From: the human T2T-CHM13v2.0 reference genome, Homo sapiens
Strand: one strand, 5' to 3'
Length of the DNA stretch: 64,000 bases
Assembly (NCBI RefSeq): GCF_009914755.1
Contig: NC_060934.1
In this document: positions 16,337-31,980 of the stretch, in pieces
Position numbering within the stretch: the first letter of the stretch is position 1
Layout: each line of letters begins with the position of its first letter
Translations under genes and position numbers: made by a program
The notes under the pieces: model-generated
The model's input: the letters and a program-made list of their open reading frames with translations, nothing else
What the model was told of the DNA's origin: nothing
The model's database searches: none

Positions 16337-16835
16337 CAGTTTTAGATCTTCTTTGTTGGCTCTTACGCTGAAAGATAAGGACTTTCCTTTTCTGTATTTC
16401 CCCTCTCCCCACACCACACATTCATACTTTTCTTCCTCTATCCTGTTGTTATAATTATCAGATTTAAGATGTGCTTTAGATGTCACTTCCTTAGAGAAAT
16501 GTTCCCTAACTTTTCATCTTAAACCAATGTGTTCAGTGTTTACATTATTATGACTACATAAAGATTGTTCATATGATACAATCAACATATTGCGATCACA
16601 TGCTTTTTTTTCTTCCCTGGAATCCTTCATAAATCTCTTTTTCTTTGCTTACTTTTCTTCACATCACCAGCTTATCCACATACACTTTGCTGGAATTCTA
16701 AAGTAAATACATCAGGTTATGCATCAGTTCTTTAGCTTGTTTCGGAAGCACATCTCCTAGAACTGCCAACCTGTGCTGGCTCTGTACTGCTGTTGCCCTG
16801 AATCTTACCTTCACAAATTAAGAATTCCCTTCATC

Positions 16836-17140
16836 ACCAGGTGTGGTGGCTCGCACCTGTAATCCCAGCACTTTGGGAGGCTGAAACAGGTGATCGCTTG
16901 AGTCCAGGACTTCAGACCATTCTGGGCAACATGGCATAACCCTATCTCTACAAAAAAAAATTTAAAAATTAGCCAGGTGTGATGGCGTGTGCCTGTGGTT
17001 CCAGCTACTTGAGAGGCTGAGATGGGAGGATCACCTGAGTCCGGGAGGTTGAGGCTGCAGTGAGCTGTGATCATGCCAGTGTACTTCAGCTTGGGTGACA
17101 GAGCGAGACCAGTCTCAAAAAAAAACCCCAAAACAAATAA
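16836..17140 (+). mobile_element. AluJ
   Basis: Alu dimer, TSD aattcccttc. Confidence 0.95.
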
Positions 17141-17257
17141 TTCCCTTCCTCTTTTTTCCTATATTAAATTTTTTACCTCTGGATCCCCACATCAGGATCT
17201 TTGTTGGTTTACTCACTTATCTTGGGAGAACATATCCTCCAGTAGTTCCTAGAGAAA

Positions 17258-17460
17258 AGTGATCCTCCCACCTCAGCCTCCCGAGTAGCTGGGACCCACA
17301 GGTGCATGCCACCACACCCGGCTAACTTTGGTATTTTTTTTTTTTAAGTCAAGGTTCGCCATGTTGCCCAGGCTGGTTTTGAACTCCTGAGCTCAAGCGA
17401 TTTGCCTGCCTTGGCCTCCCAACGTGCTGGGATTATAGGGATACACCACCACGCCTGACC
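17258..17460 (-). mobile_element. Alu lacking 3' end and tail
   Basis: Starts abruptly at agtgatcctcccacc. Confidence 0.9.
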
Positions 17461-17488
17461 AGGGATGGTAATTTTTTTTTTGATCTTG

Positions 17489-17770
17489 TGTATCAGTTAT
17501 CTATTGCCATAATACTATATCTCAGATCACTGAGAGACCTCAGTTGCACATAATAGTAAGTGTTTATTGGCCATATGTCTAGGATAGTTGGCTGGGAGGC
17601 TCTGCTGATCTCGAGGGTTGGCCAGCTATTAGCTGATCTAGGATGGCCTTGGTTGGAATGACTAGGGTGACTGCCTCTTCTTCATTTGTTTCATCTTTCT
17701 TGGAGGACCAGTGGTCTAGCCAAGGTGTGCTTTTCTCATGGTAACAGTGGAGGGCAAATGGAATGCATAA
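17489..17770 (-). mobile_element. MLT1 (J/K-like) MaLR LTR fragment
   Basis: tgtatcagttatctattgc start; gctgatctaggatggccttgg. Confidence 0.7.
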
Positions 17771-17929
17771 GTGCTTTTCTTACATTTGAAGTATATCCAC
17801 TACATATTCAGAAATATCCTATTTTGGAACTATAGTCATTTGGTGACCAGAAAAATTATCCATGCAAATGTGCAGAGAAAAAATTTAAGATATTTAGTAT
17901 CCTTCAGACGACTAAACAGTCGTCACTTT

Positions 17930-18170
17930 CTCAAGGAGGTGTTCTTTGCCTTTTTATATTAGGTAAGATTCTCCTTTAAATCTCACTATTAGCACTTGGT
18001 TATTGTTATTTCATAATTATCACACTGGCTATATTATTTGATTCATATTGGTCTGTCTCTCTAGACCTTAAGCTCCACTGAAGACAGCAACCCAGTCCAG
18101 CATAGGGTTAGCCTGGGGCCTGCAGTAGTGAGTACATAATAAATATTTGTCAGACAAATGAATGAAATGA
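17930..18170 (+). mobile_element. L2 3' end
   Basis: aataaatatttgtcagacaaatgaatgaa tail. Confidence 0.6.
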
Positions 18171-19147
18171 TTAGATCTCAGGAATAGAAGGTATTTTTAG
18201 GGTTCTTTTTATTGGCTCTTTTTGTATTTGAAGTGTGTTCCTTCTTCAAGGATTTGGCAGAGAAGAGGAAAAACATAGACCATTACTAATTTGCAGGAGA
18301 GAGAAGCTGGCCCAGCTTTGGGCTGTTTGCTCGGCCTAGCTGCATTCCCCTGTGTAATCAAGACTGTAAAGCTTTGATGGGTAGTTAGTTCTTTGTGGCT
18401 TTAGGGCTTTCCGATATAAGTAATTGTTTTCATGAGTGTATTAATTTGACTCTGGAACTTGTAAGCAACTGGAAACAAGACTGTTCCTACTTGTTTATGT
18501 GAATGTTTGTTGTTCTGAATTGGATGACGATACTCATTGTTATTTCAGAGGAGTGGTTGAAGAATACATTTTTAAACTAATTAGTGATGGAGTTGCAATA
18601 CAGTTTTGTCATTGGTGCTGCATTCAATAAACTTATATTACAGTCTAAATCTTGGAATGTATGGAAAATTAACATTAATTAAACTAATCTAAGTTACAGA
18701 AAGCTGACAAGTGAACAGAACTGAATATTAAAAACTATTCCTTAAACATGAGTTTACTTCATCCACTCTATGGTGTTTAGTTCTACTTAATAATTCCAGC
18801 CTTTTCATAATTTGAAAGGAGACCCATATTTTGTGGCTTATTGTTTGTTCAACTTTGATATTGATTTTAATTGTTAGGACAGGAAATTGTGATAGAACTA
18901 GAAATTTCCTCCCAGGATTGAAAAAAGACCTTGCTCAGGTGTGATCTAAATATTATATTTCTTATTAATGACAAGTTTTTTTGTGTTTTGCTTTTTTGAT
19001 AATTAAGGAGTAAAATATATGCTATATATTATATAACTATGGAATTTTAGGTCTTAAATGGACAATATCAAAGCAGCCTAGCTGTCTTTAAAATATTTAT
19101 ATTTTTATATATATTTTATATATATATTTATATATATAAATTTTTTA

Positions 19148-19504
19148 GGTCGGGCGTGGTGGCTCACACCTGTAATCCCAGCACTTTGGGAGGCCAAGTC
19201 GGGCAGATCACAAGGTCAGGAGATTGAGATCATCCTGGCCAACATGGTGAAACCCTGTCTCTACTAAAAATACAAAAATTACTGCAGCCTTGACCTCCCA
19301 GGCTCAAGTGATCCTCTCACCTCAGCCTCCCAAGTAGCTGGGATCGTAGGTGCACACCACGATGCTCGGCTAGTTTTTTAAATTTTTGTGTAGAGACAGG
19401 GTCTTTCTATGTTGCCCAGGCTGGTCTTGAACTCTTGGGCTCAAGTGCTCCTCCTTCCTTGTCTTCCCAAAGTGCTGGGATTACAGGCATGAGCCACCTG
19501 GCCT
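19148..19504. mobile_element. Fused inverted Alus: + left arm (19148-19280) joined to - Alu (19281-19504)
   Basis: tacaaaaatt|actgcagccttgacc junction. Confidence 0.9.
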
Positions 19505-19539
19505 AGTTTGTTTCATTTTACATAGCACTTAAATTGTAA

Positions 19540-19860
<321 letters not shown>

Positions 19861-20014
19861 TAGTTGTTCAGTAAATATTTTTTGAAAGAGTTAATAAATG
19901 AATGCATGTAGTTATGGATGAAGATTACGTGAATAAAGACTGAAGCCCAGAGAGGTTAAAAACTTATGTGATAATCCAAGACAATAAATAAAGCTATTTG
20001 GGAATGTTCTTTAT

Positions 20015-20291
20015 TGTCCCCTGATGGATGTGTGGAATTGTTTTACTAGGGAGGAGGATTCAGCAGAAGCTGGATAAACAATTATAGGGTTTTTATGTGG
20101 TGTTGACATGTAGAATAGCCAAGGTTAAATTGGCCAATTAAAGCTGGAGTAAGATGGCTTTAGGAAGTGTTATATATTAACAGAATGAGAGAAATAATCA
20201 GAAATAATTTCTTAGTCCCAGTAGCCATTAAGTAGGGGAATTTTAATTTTTAAGTGATGGCTCCAGGTCTTCATGTGTATAAGATTCTTGC
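20015..20291 (+). repeat. Ancient local duplication, copy A (related to 22571-22662 and 26091-26383)
   Basis: Shared cagaagctggataa..caat..taggg core; A and C share an additional ~200 bp. Confidence 0.85.
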
Positions 20292-20440
20292 AGGAAAATT
20301 TTTTGATGTTACTAGTAATTTTAAAGGAATATGTGTAAAAGGCTTAGGGTAGTGCTCGCTCTACAACTAGATATTTGACAATCTAAGCCTAGATTATAAC
20401 TGAAATATAATTGTGTAATCTTGTCCTTACTTCTATCTTA

Positions 20441-20713
<273 letters not shown>

Positions 20714-20779
20714 TTTACTCTTATTTTAAATGTCAGTTTGTTAAGGACAGAAAAAAAGACTGAATTTTGCTAATATTTT

Positions 20780-20815
20780 CTACACTTGATCTTAGCCAAA
20801 AGGCCGAGAAGCGAT
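20780..20815 (-). pseudogene. Tailless U2 snRNA retropseudogene (U2 nt 1-36)
   Basis: Reverse complement is ATCGCTTCTCGGCCTTTTGGCTAAGATCAAGTGTAG; 21-bp TSD gaattttgctaatattttcta at 20762 and 20816. Confidence 0.96.
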
Positions 20816-21925
20816 GAATTTTGCTAATATTTTCTAACATGAAAAGGAAATAACGAAGGGAAAGTCTTTTTTTTCTTTTTAACTTTCTGCAGCAGTTGGG
20901 CAAAATTCCTGCTTTGTGTAGGAAACCCTGGCAGACCTTGAGAATTCTAAATTGCTGCAGATTGTTTTATCTTTTTTTTCTAAAACAATTTGAATAGCGG
21001 ATCCTTTCCATCTGAAACAAGTTTTTCCCCTTCTCACCCTCTTGTTTCATGTAATTAGCAGTCCTCCTCTGTATATTCCTATTTTGTCTGATATAGCCAA
21101 AATTCTTTAAAAAGAATTTTAAAATTTTAAAATTCTGCTGTGAGTCCGGCAAAGGGGCTGAGAGAATTTCTGTGTCAACATCATTGAGAACTCTGAAAGC
21201 TTCTTTACATACCAAGCTCCTCCTCATCAAAGCTAGATACAGGAAGTGTTTATGGTCCCTTTCTTCCAAGGGAATGGCTCTAAACTAACCAGCAGACCCT
21301 GTCTCACTTATGTTCTCCTTCAGGTTCTTCCTTGACATCCTACTGGCTACTCTTAGTCATGTTCTTTCTAGCCATCAAGTCTCCAAACTGCGTGGCCAGA
21401 CAACTTGAGTTACCTGGGAAGTTCCTAGGGGCTAGATAAGTACTTTATGCCTTATTCTACAGCAGAATATTTGTTTTGTTTACATGACCAGCTCAGATTG
21501 ATAGAATAGCTGTCTTTTAGCAACAGTGTAATCATTTAATGACAGCTGTTCAAGGGACTAGTAAAAGGATTGGGAAAGGGGGGCCTTCTAAACAAAGTGA
21601 ATGGGCCCTGCCAACTGAGGAGTGATGTCTCCTAAATGGTTGGCATGTTCAGACTTCAGAGTATTATCCATCAGCTTGGAGACCCACAAGTTTTTTAAAT
21701 ATCTAGTGTTATCTGTTTACCTGTTAGCTTGGTGCCAAAGTGATTGCACCTTACCTCCAGACCATGTCTGTGCTTGCCCTGATGTACCTGTCATGTTCAG
21801 TACCTGTTTTGGTTTATAGGGCTTGGACTAGCTCCGATGTTCACTTGCCCTGTTTTACTTAGAGAAAGTCATCATGTGACTAAATTTTAAGATTACAAAG
21901 ATAATGCATGTGATTTAGACTTGAG

Positions 21926-22145
<220 letters not shown>

Positions 22146-22268
22146 TGATGGACCATTTGTAAAGCCTCAGAAGCCAAACTGGAATTAATGTGAAAGTTAT
22201 AGGGAAGTTAGTTTCAGCTTAATCAAAGTAGAATTTCCAAAAAGTAGAGCCATTTGAAAATGTCCTGT

Positions 22269-22594
<326 letters not shown>

Positions 22595-23085
22595 TTACTA
22601 GAGGTGGTGATTCAGCAGAAGCTGGATAAGCAATAATAGGGATTTTGTGTAAGTGTTGACATATGGGTAGGGTGGGCTAGGTGATTTGCTAATAGTGAGA
22701 TATTTTGATTCAAGTATAAATTTCAGTAGTTGCAGATGAACACAGAAGGAACAAGCACAGATTTCTGCTGATGGTTAGTAAGACAACATTGCCAAGGGAG
22801 GGTGTCCCCAGAAGAGCAGAAAACCTAATATGAAAGCTCAAATTTAAAAGATGGAAGCAGGAAGTAAACTGCTGAAGGAGAATGTTCAGAGGAAGAAAAC
22901 CAGAGGGTTTAGGGTACAAAGGCTGAGGGTGGAGAGTTTGAAGGAAGAAGAAGAAATTAGAGAACCATAAAGAAAATGATATATTCTAAAGCGGTAGTCC
23001 TCAAGGTAAATTGCATGTAGCTGTGCCTTGGGATGCAGTAGGACTTACATATATATATATGAATGAATATGCATATACATTAAGC

Positions 23086-23388
23086 TTATTATTATTATTA
23101 TTATTTTGAGACGGAGTCTCGCTCTGTCACCCAGACTGGAGTGCAGTGGCGTGATCTCGGCTCACTGCAAGCTCCGCCTCCCAGGTTCACGCCATTCTCC
23201 TGCCCCAGCCTCCTGAGTAGCTGGGACCACAGGTGCCCACCACCACGCCTGGCTAATTTTTTTGTATTTTTAGTAGAGGTGGGGTTTCACCATGTTGGCG
23301 AGGATGGTCTCGAACTGCTGACCTCGTGATCTGCCCGCCTCGGCCTCCCAAAGTGCTGGGATTACAGGCTTGAGCCACTGCGCCCGGC
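23086..23388 (-). mobile_element. AluY-like with (TAT)n tail
   Basis: caagctccgcc, ttcacgccattctcc; TSD aagcttatt. Confidence 0.95.
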
Positions 23389-23772
23389 CAAGCTTATTTT
23401 TATATGGATTTCATGATGTATATATTTTGTAATATATATAATTTATAAGTAAATATAAATTAGGGAGGTGTACTCAACATTTTCATAGAATACATAGTCA
23501 AAAATGGTTTGCAACCTCTGCTCTAACAAAAATAAAACACCCTACATCTTTGGTTCAAGATTGTCACCCCCAACAGTTGTGTGAAATGTGGGGCAGGAAT
23601 TATCACTATTTTCCTTTGGAAATTAAGGTTCCAAAGATAATGAGACCAGAGCCAAAGGTCAGAGTCCACTGTCTTCTCTCTGAGGCCTCAATGTGAAGAC
23701 CTGAACTGTGGCAGCAGATAATTCTGGAGACCTGTTAATCAGCTGTATGCACCACGCTACTTAATTGATTTA

Positions 23773-24156
<384 letters not shown>

Positions 24157-24251
24157 TTAGACTGAAACCTGTGAATGCTCACAGGTGCAAATGAAAGTGA
24201 CACAGATACTACAAAAGTGCTTTCGTTTGACCACAAAGAAATTCTATAGGT

Positions 24252-24405
24252 CTGGGATTCTCAAAGTTTTGACATGTCATTTTAAGAATCTTATACAAAG
24301 TATAGACCTTTTCCCCAGAAGTATGCATACACACACATACTTTGGCATACAGTTTGAGTGAATGTCTCGTTCTGCAGCTGCCCTAGAGCATCCAGGGACC
24401 TCAGC
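24252..24405. mobile_element. MER103-like hAT-Charlie remnant
   Basis: gaatctt...gaccttttccccagaagtatgcatacacac. Confidence 0.5.
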
Positions 24406-25288
24406 TCATCATTTGCTAACTTTACCAAATGATGGGTTAAAATTCTCTTCCTTGGTAAAATTCTGCCCACACCCTATCTTTTGGGCACTTAATTATACCT
24501 AAAAATAGCATTGAGAAAAGCAGCTATTTCATCCACAATTAGAGAATATTCTTGAGTCCAGCATCAAAGCCATTATGGTGCTTTGATCAATAAGTTTGTT
24601 CTCCACGGAAGTGAGGCTTAATGGCTTAGGTGACCGACTAACTTTCTCCTTAGTTGCTCTAGAAGTCACCTGTGAATGAGCCCTTTCAAAGGGAATGATT
24701 TTGACTTCTGAAAACTTAAGCAGATTAGAAGCCTTGAGTATAGGATTTAGAATAAGAAGTACTCAGTAGTAACCCTGGTTGTCTAACTACACAGGCTTGT
24801 ATGATTTGAACTTTTGTTGTTGTTGCTCTTCTGGTTTCCTTAAACACCAGACAGATCCGATTACAATTCTAAATATTTAGTTCTGTGCAAACAGGAACAG
24901 CTCAACAGTTCACCTTCACTGAGTAACGTATGTCTATTTAGATAAGCAAACTACTGTTGCAAAAACCCTGGCAAAATGTCAGGATGAGCAGGGGAAACTT
25001 TCATTATCTTTTCAGCCATCCGAACAGTTCCCCAAGAATCGGACATTTTTGAGACTTAACTAGTCAAGGTTAAATTACTCATTGTTCAGTGAGTAAATTC
25101 TGTCTAAAGACTTAGCTGGGGTCGTCTTTATTTTATTTTTTTCATTCTTCTTTTTTTTTGGAGGTTACTTCAACAAATAAAGTTTTATTTTTATTTAGGC
25201 TTTCCTTGTATTTTAGGGAAGAGAAAATATTTGCTTTATGTTCTTAAAGTGAGTTTAAAAAAAAAATGGTACATTTAAAGATAGTTTG

Positions 25289-25582
25289 GGGACGGGCATG
25301 GTGACTCATGCCTGTAATCCCAGCACTTTGGGAGGCTGAGGCGGGCGGATCACCTTAGGTCAAGAGTTCGAGACCAGCCTGGCCAACATGGCGAAACCCG
25401 ATCTCTACTAAAAATACAAAAATTAGCCAGGCATGGTGGCGCATCCTTGTGGTCCCAGCTACTTGGGAGGCTGAGGCAGGAGAATTGTTTGACCCAGGAG
25501 ACGGAGGTTGCAGTGAGCTGAGATGGCACCACTGCACTCCAGCCTGGGCGACAGAGTGAGAATCCTATCTCAAAATAAAATA
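25289..25582 (+). mobile_element. AluS
   Basis: Alu dimer. Confidence 0.95.
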
Positions 25583-25657
25583 CAATTTGGGGTTTCTTAA
25601 TGCCTATACTCCTTTGTTTAACTATAGGGCTTCTAGTTCTTTAAAGATGATTAGTGA

Positions 25658-26158
<501 letters not shown>

Positions 26159-26686
26159 TAGGGATTTTGCGTGGGAATAAAAGTGTGGAATGGCTAAGGT
26201 TAAACTGGCCAGTTTAAGAAAACTGAAGAGCAAGATGGCTTTAGTAAGTGGTATAGATGAATAGAATCAGAAAAATAATAGAAACAGTTTCTATTAGTGT
26301 AGTTCCCAATAGGCATTAAGTAGGAGAATTCTAACTTTAAGCTATAGCAATGGCTCTAAGTCTTCATGTGTACAAAGTTCTTGGAAGTAAAAGTGAAAGG
26401 GGTGGGCGTAGAATGAGCCTCATTCCTAACCAGAACACTCATCACTGACCACCTATACTTGTTTTGTAACAGAGTGAAGCGATCTTTAATGCAATTTTGA
26501 TATTCTTTCCATCCACTCTTGCATTTTGTTCTTTGAGGTGTGAGAGAAGTGTGTATCTGTCCGTTCCTTAATGTACAGTGCCTTGAATGGTTGACGGTGT
26601 GGAACTTTAAAGATCTTTGTGTAAATTTACCTTCTGATTTCTTTTACCCCCTGTTCCTCAGCCTACATGGAGAACTTTCACTGTAA

Positions 26687-27056
<370 letters not shown>

Positions 27057-27937
27057 AGAAATTTTAAATTTTGAAATGGTGTGCCCCTTCTCTTACTTGG
27101 TTCTCTTCATAAAATCCCTCCAACTTCAAAAGGGATGGAAATAATTAATGGAAGCAAATAAGATATTGATTAAAAGGATATTTATTTTTAGTAATATTTC
27201 TTTTGGGTTACTTCCTTGCCCCATTTTAAGATTACAGTATCTGATCTTAGGATTTGAACTGTTCCATCTGCTTTCCTCCATTACAGTGCTCTCCTGCTTT
27301 TTCATATTTGGCTTGCTTAACTATCAGAATTTTGATTCTTTCATTTCTTAAATTCCATCGTCTGAAGTAAAGCTATACTAATTTGGAGTATCTGAAGGAG
27401 TAGAGGGAAGGCCACTCTGAACTAGCATAAGATCTTAAATACAGAGCATTTTTCAAGGAATGTTATATTATCATTTGTACTGATAAATTAAAGACTAGAA
27501 CCACAATATATTACCTAGTATTGGTCCTTAAGGAATTTGCAATTACCTGAGCCTTGGTTTTGCATGTAAATAGATGCTTCTAAGTGCTTGAGTCTACTTT
27601 GAAAGAGTTCTTAATAGTTTAACCAGTAACACTTAGTCTTGGTTATACTCTTATTTAGTAAACATTTTATTTTTTTTCTCCATAGATGGGGTAAAGGTAA
27701 ATTTAGCTCAGCTGTATGAACTATTACATTAAAGTTTTTTAGAGCAATTTTTATAGCTTTTCTCTATATACATTTGCATTTACATTACCTGTATGTACTA
27801 TACATACAAATTGATATGTACATGCTGATGTATTAAAATCCCTGAGCAAACTACATATTTGTGGACAATTTGAGCAAATAATCTTTTGAGTATAAACTTA
27901 GACTAAGCTTTCTGAGTACAGGAATCACATACTTTGA

Positions 27938-28342
<405 letters not shown>

Positions 28343-28499
28343 TCCAGTTCTTTTCTGTTTGGTTTGTGAGTGAGTGAGAATGGAGTGTGTGTAAAGGGGG
28401 ACTGGGAGGCTGGGAGGTTGACCTTTGTGCAGTCTACCTACTTGTGAATGGGAATGTGATTCCATGCCTATTGCTGATTCTCAAGCCTGCCTCGGTACC

Positions 28500-28670
28500 A
28501 CAGTAGTTCACAGCAAGGGCTTTGGAGTCAGCCCTGTATTTGAACCTCAGCTCTCTGATTTTCCAGCTGGGGATCTATGTTGGGCAAATCAAGTTAATCT
28601 GCTTAAACTTCAGTTTCCTCACCTAGAAAATGAAGGTCATAATTGCAGCCTCACTAGGGTATCTGTGATC
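28500..28670 (+). mobile_element. MIR
   Basis: ggctttggagtcag...cagtttcctcacctagaaaatg core. Confidence 0.75.
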
Positions 28671-29701
28671 TAGGAGGGATTTTTGATAGTGGTAAACAGT
28701 AGATTCCTGCCTTACTAATGTGTAGGTCAGTTTATCATCTACCTAGCACCATCACTTTTTTCAAAAAAGGTCTTTTCAACCAAGAATATGTCATACATAT
28801 CTGTATTTTCTGACTAGATTGCAGGTTCTTGGTCCTTGTCTTACTTGTTTTCGTAACTGGCTTATAGAACTTGATACTCAGCACATGTTAATTGAATGAC
28901 TAGATGATGCATGGTCTCCTTTGAGCCTACCATAGCATTTGGATTTACCATCATTATGTTTACTTATGTGCGTTGAGAAACTTATGTGATATAAGGTTTG
29001 CTTTAAACTATGAGGTCTTAAATATTTCCCATGGTCAGAGTAGATTATTGATCTAGTTTGGCTAGACATGTTCCCTAACTTCCTTAGGATTGCTGTTAGA
29101 CTTCCTGAAGCTGAATTTTTGTGGGAAGAAGATTAAGACTTTTGTGACTTAGGAGAGGTAAGTTTTCCCTAGTTGTATACTAGCAGGGGCTAACTTACCT
29201 GATTTCACCCTTTAATTGGTCAAAAGTTTTGGATTGCAGCAACTTCTGTATAACTTTTTCCAAAGAGAATTCTATTATCTGATAATTTTGGAATGTTTTT
29301 TGTTTTGTCTGTTGCCTTTTGCTTATAGTGGATTGTTTCCTCCTATTGTTTGTGATTGTGGCTTGTGAGTAGGTTTTTTGTTGTTTCTCTCTCCCAAGAA
29401 GAGCTTTACCTGTGGAATCCTGTATGGCTTTGGTTGAGGATGTATTCTTTGTTGTTAATTTCTTGACTTAAAGGTTTCAGGACGACCAAGGTAGTAAAAA
29501 TTTAAGCTTCAAACCTACGTAAGGTGTAGGTCTGTCATTAAAAATTTTCAGGGTATACTTTTCCTTCCTTCCTTCCCAGAGCCTCAGCAGAGGCAGGTAA
29601 GTGTCCTTAGCAGCTCACCTGGCTTGGTGGGCAGATTCTTTGTGGTCTACTCTTTTCCTAAAGGGGCATCCCTTTGGAGGTTCTGGCTTTATGTCAAAAT
29701 C

Positions 29702-30004
29702 TTTTTTCTGTGTGTGTGTGAGTGTGACAGAGTCTTACTCTGTCACCCAGGCTGGAGTACAGTGGTATCATCTTGGTTCACTGCAACCTCTGCCTCCCGG
29801 GTTCAAGTGATTTTCCTGCCTCAGCCTCGTGAGTAGCTGGGATTACAGGCACATGCCACCACGCCGAGCTAATTTTTGTATTTTTAGTAGAGACGGGGTT
29901 TCACCATGTTGGCCAGGCTGGTCTTGAACCCCTGACCTCAAGTGATCCACCCGCCTTGGGCTCCCAAAGTGCTGGGATTACAGGCGTGAGCTACCGCACC
30001 CGGC
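29702..30004 (-). mobile_element. AluS
   Basis: Alu dimer, TSD tcaaaatctt. Confidence 0.95.
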
Positions 30005-30039
30005 TCAAAATCTTAACTTCTACTCCTTACTTGATATGA

Positions 30040-30690
30040 GTTGTGAAGTTGCAGACATATAATTTATTCTAGTTAGTTTAAGCAGGAGAGGTTTACCATA
30101 AAGCATTAAACACCAACAAAATTGCCGGAAGGGCTGAAGAAATAGATTTCAAGTTTGTTCATTCAATCAGATATTTATTGAGCATCTACCATATGTTTAG
30201 TACTATTTTTGGGTTCTTGGGGAACACATTAGTGAACAAAACAGACAAAGCTCACTTTCCTTGAGGAACTTACGTTCTAGAGGGTTTTGTCTTTAGGAAC
30301 AATTCTCAAAGCCACACACAAAACTGGCCAACAAAATAGCTGCCAGTTGGGGTTTTAAAAACCAACCCAGAACCACATGACCACTGCCATGGTTAGGAAA
30401 CCACACTGATCAGGAAGCCTCCACTAAAGCTGTCGGCTCCAGAATCATGCTCATCTGCTTTTGATCCACAGTAAATACCCAGGCCTTGCCTCTGATACCC
30501 GTGACACTAGTTACTAGACACTGTACACTCAACTAATGATGCTGCAGAACAATCAAATGCCTTGGCCTATGCCTGTTTGCAAAGTAGCAGAACTAGGTCT
30601 TCAGTTTCTCTTTCCAAATCCATGTTAGTGCATATGATTGGTGGAACCTAATTACATCAGGAGCCCTAGCTGGAAGAGGCTCTTGAGCCT
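30040..30690 (-). mobile_element. Ancient LTR (MLT1/LTR78-like) with nested L2 tail (30155-30285)
   Basis: gcatatgattggtggaacctaattacat...ccctagctg motif; ttcattcaatcagatatttattgagc. Confidence 0.5.
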
Positions 30691-30894
30691 TCATGGTACA
30701 GAGCAGACGACCTACAAAGAAAGGAGAATATTCAATGCCAATCGACCAAATGTTCCTTTCTTCTTCATGTTGGTTTTTAAAACCCTATCCCCTATATTAT
30801 GGGTGTAGATCTCTATTTTGCCATCCCAGCTCAGGAAAGGGGCTGCCCACATGCGTTTGGTTTTTAGTTCTCTCTGCTTTTCTGGCTCCTGGGG

Positions 30895-31479
30895 TTTTCT
30901 TCTTCTTATTCTTCCTCCTCCCCCTCTTCCTCCTCCTCCCCCTCTTCCTCCTCCTCCCCCTCTTCCTCCTCCTCCCCCTCTTCCTCCTCCTCCCCCTCTT
31001 CCTCCTCCTCCCCCTCTTCCTCCTCCTCCCCCTCTTCCTCCTCCTCCCCCTCTTCCTCCCCCTCCCCCTCTTCCTCCCCCTCCCCCTCTTCCTCCCCCTC
31101 CCCCTCTTCCTCCCCCTCCCCCTCTTCCTCCCCCTCCCCCTCTTCCTCCCCCTCCCCCTCTTCCTCCCCCTCCCCCTCTTCCTCCCCCTCCCCCTCTTCC
31201 TCCCCCTCCCCCTCTTCCTCCCCCTCCCCCTCTTCCTCCCCCTCCCCCTCTTCCTCCCCCTCCCCCTCTTCCTCCCCCTCCCCCTCTTCCTCCCCCTCCC
31301 CCTCCTCTTCCTCCTCCTCCCCCTCCTCTTCCTCCTCCTCTTCCTCCTCCACTTCCCCTTCCTCCTCCTCCTCCCCTTCCTCCTCCTCTTCCCCTTTCTC
31401 TTCCTCCTCCTCCTCCCCTTCCTCTTCCTCCTCCTCCTCCCCTTCCTCCCCTTCCTCTTCCTCCTCCTTTTTTCTCTCC
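30895..31479. repeat. Polypyrimidine 18-bp minisatellite (CTTCCTCCTCCTCCCCCT x~7, then CTTCCTCCCCCTCCCCCT x~14, then degenerate)
   Basis: Direct reading; abuts the tail of the antisense Alu at 31481. Confidence 0.98.
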
Positions 31480-31755
31480 AGACAGAGTCTAGCTCTGTCA
31501 CCTGGGCTGGAGTGCAGTGGCATGATCATGGCTTACCACAACCTCTGCCTCCCAGGTTCAAGTGATTCTCCTGCCTCAGCCTCCCAAGCAGCTGGGACTA
31601 CAGGCATGTGCCACTATGCCCAGCTAATTTTTGTATTTTTAGTGGTGATAGGGTTTTGCCATGTTGGCCAGGCCGGTTTTGAACTCCTGACCTCAAGTGA
31701 TCCACCTGCCTTGGCCTCCCAACGTGCTGGGATTACAGGTGTGAGCCACACCTGT
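31480..31755 (-). mobile_element. AluS/J
   Basis: Alu dimer. Confidence 0.93.
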
Positions 31756-31980
31756 CCTTTCTCTTTCTTGCTAACTCAGCTTTGCCTTTAAAATAATATT
31801 TGTTCTATTATATGTAGAGTTTTTGGGGGAAAGTTTTCAGGTTATGTAGATAATTTCAGAATTAGATGCCCCTAGTTTACAAGTACTAATTTAATAAACC
31901 ATGTTAGCTTATTAAAAATGTGTTACGTCTGGTGGGGGTGGGGGTTGGAGAAAGATGGTAGGCATTCCATTGATTTAAAG

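Noticed and set aside
21313-21328. 16-bp match ttctccttcaggttct shared with 53280
   Set aside because: Low-complexity, acceptor-like sequence with no extension, so likely chance.
30693-31565. Long ORFs (290, 234, 224, 207 aa), including an RPGR-ORF15-like Glu/Gly frame and a formin-like poly-Pro frame
   Set aside because: Open only because the C/T repeat cannot form stops. They start or end in Alu sequence and have no non-repetitive domain.
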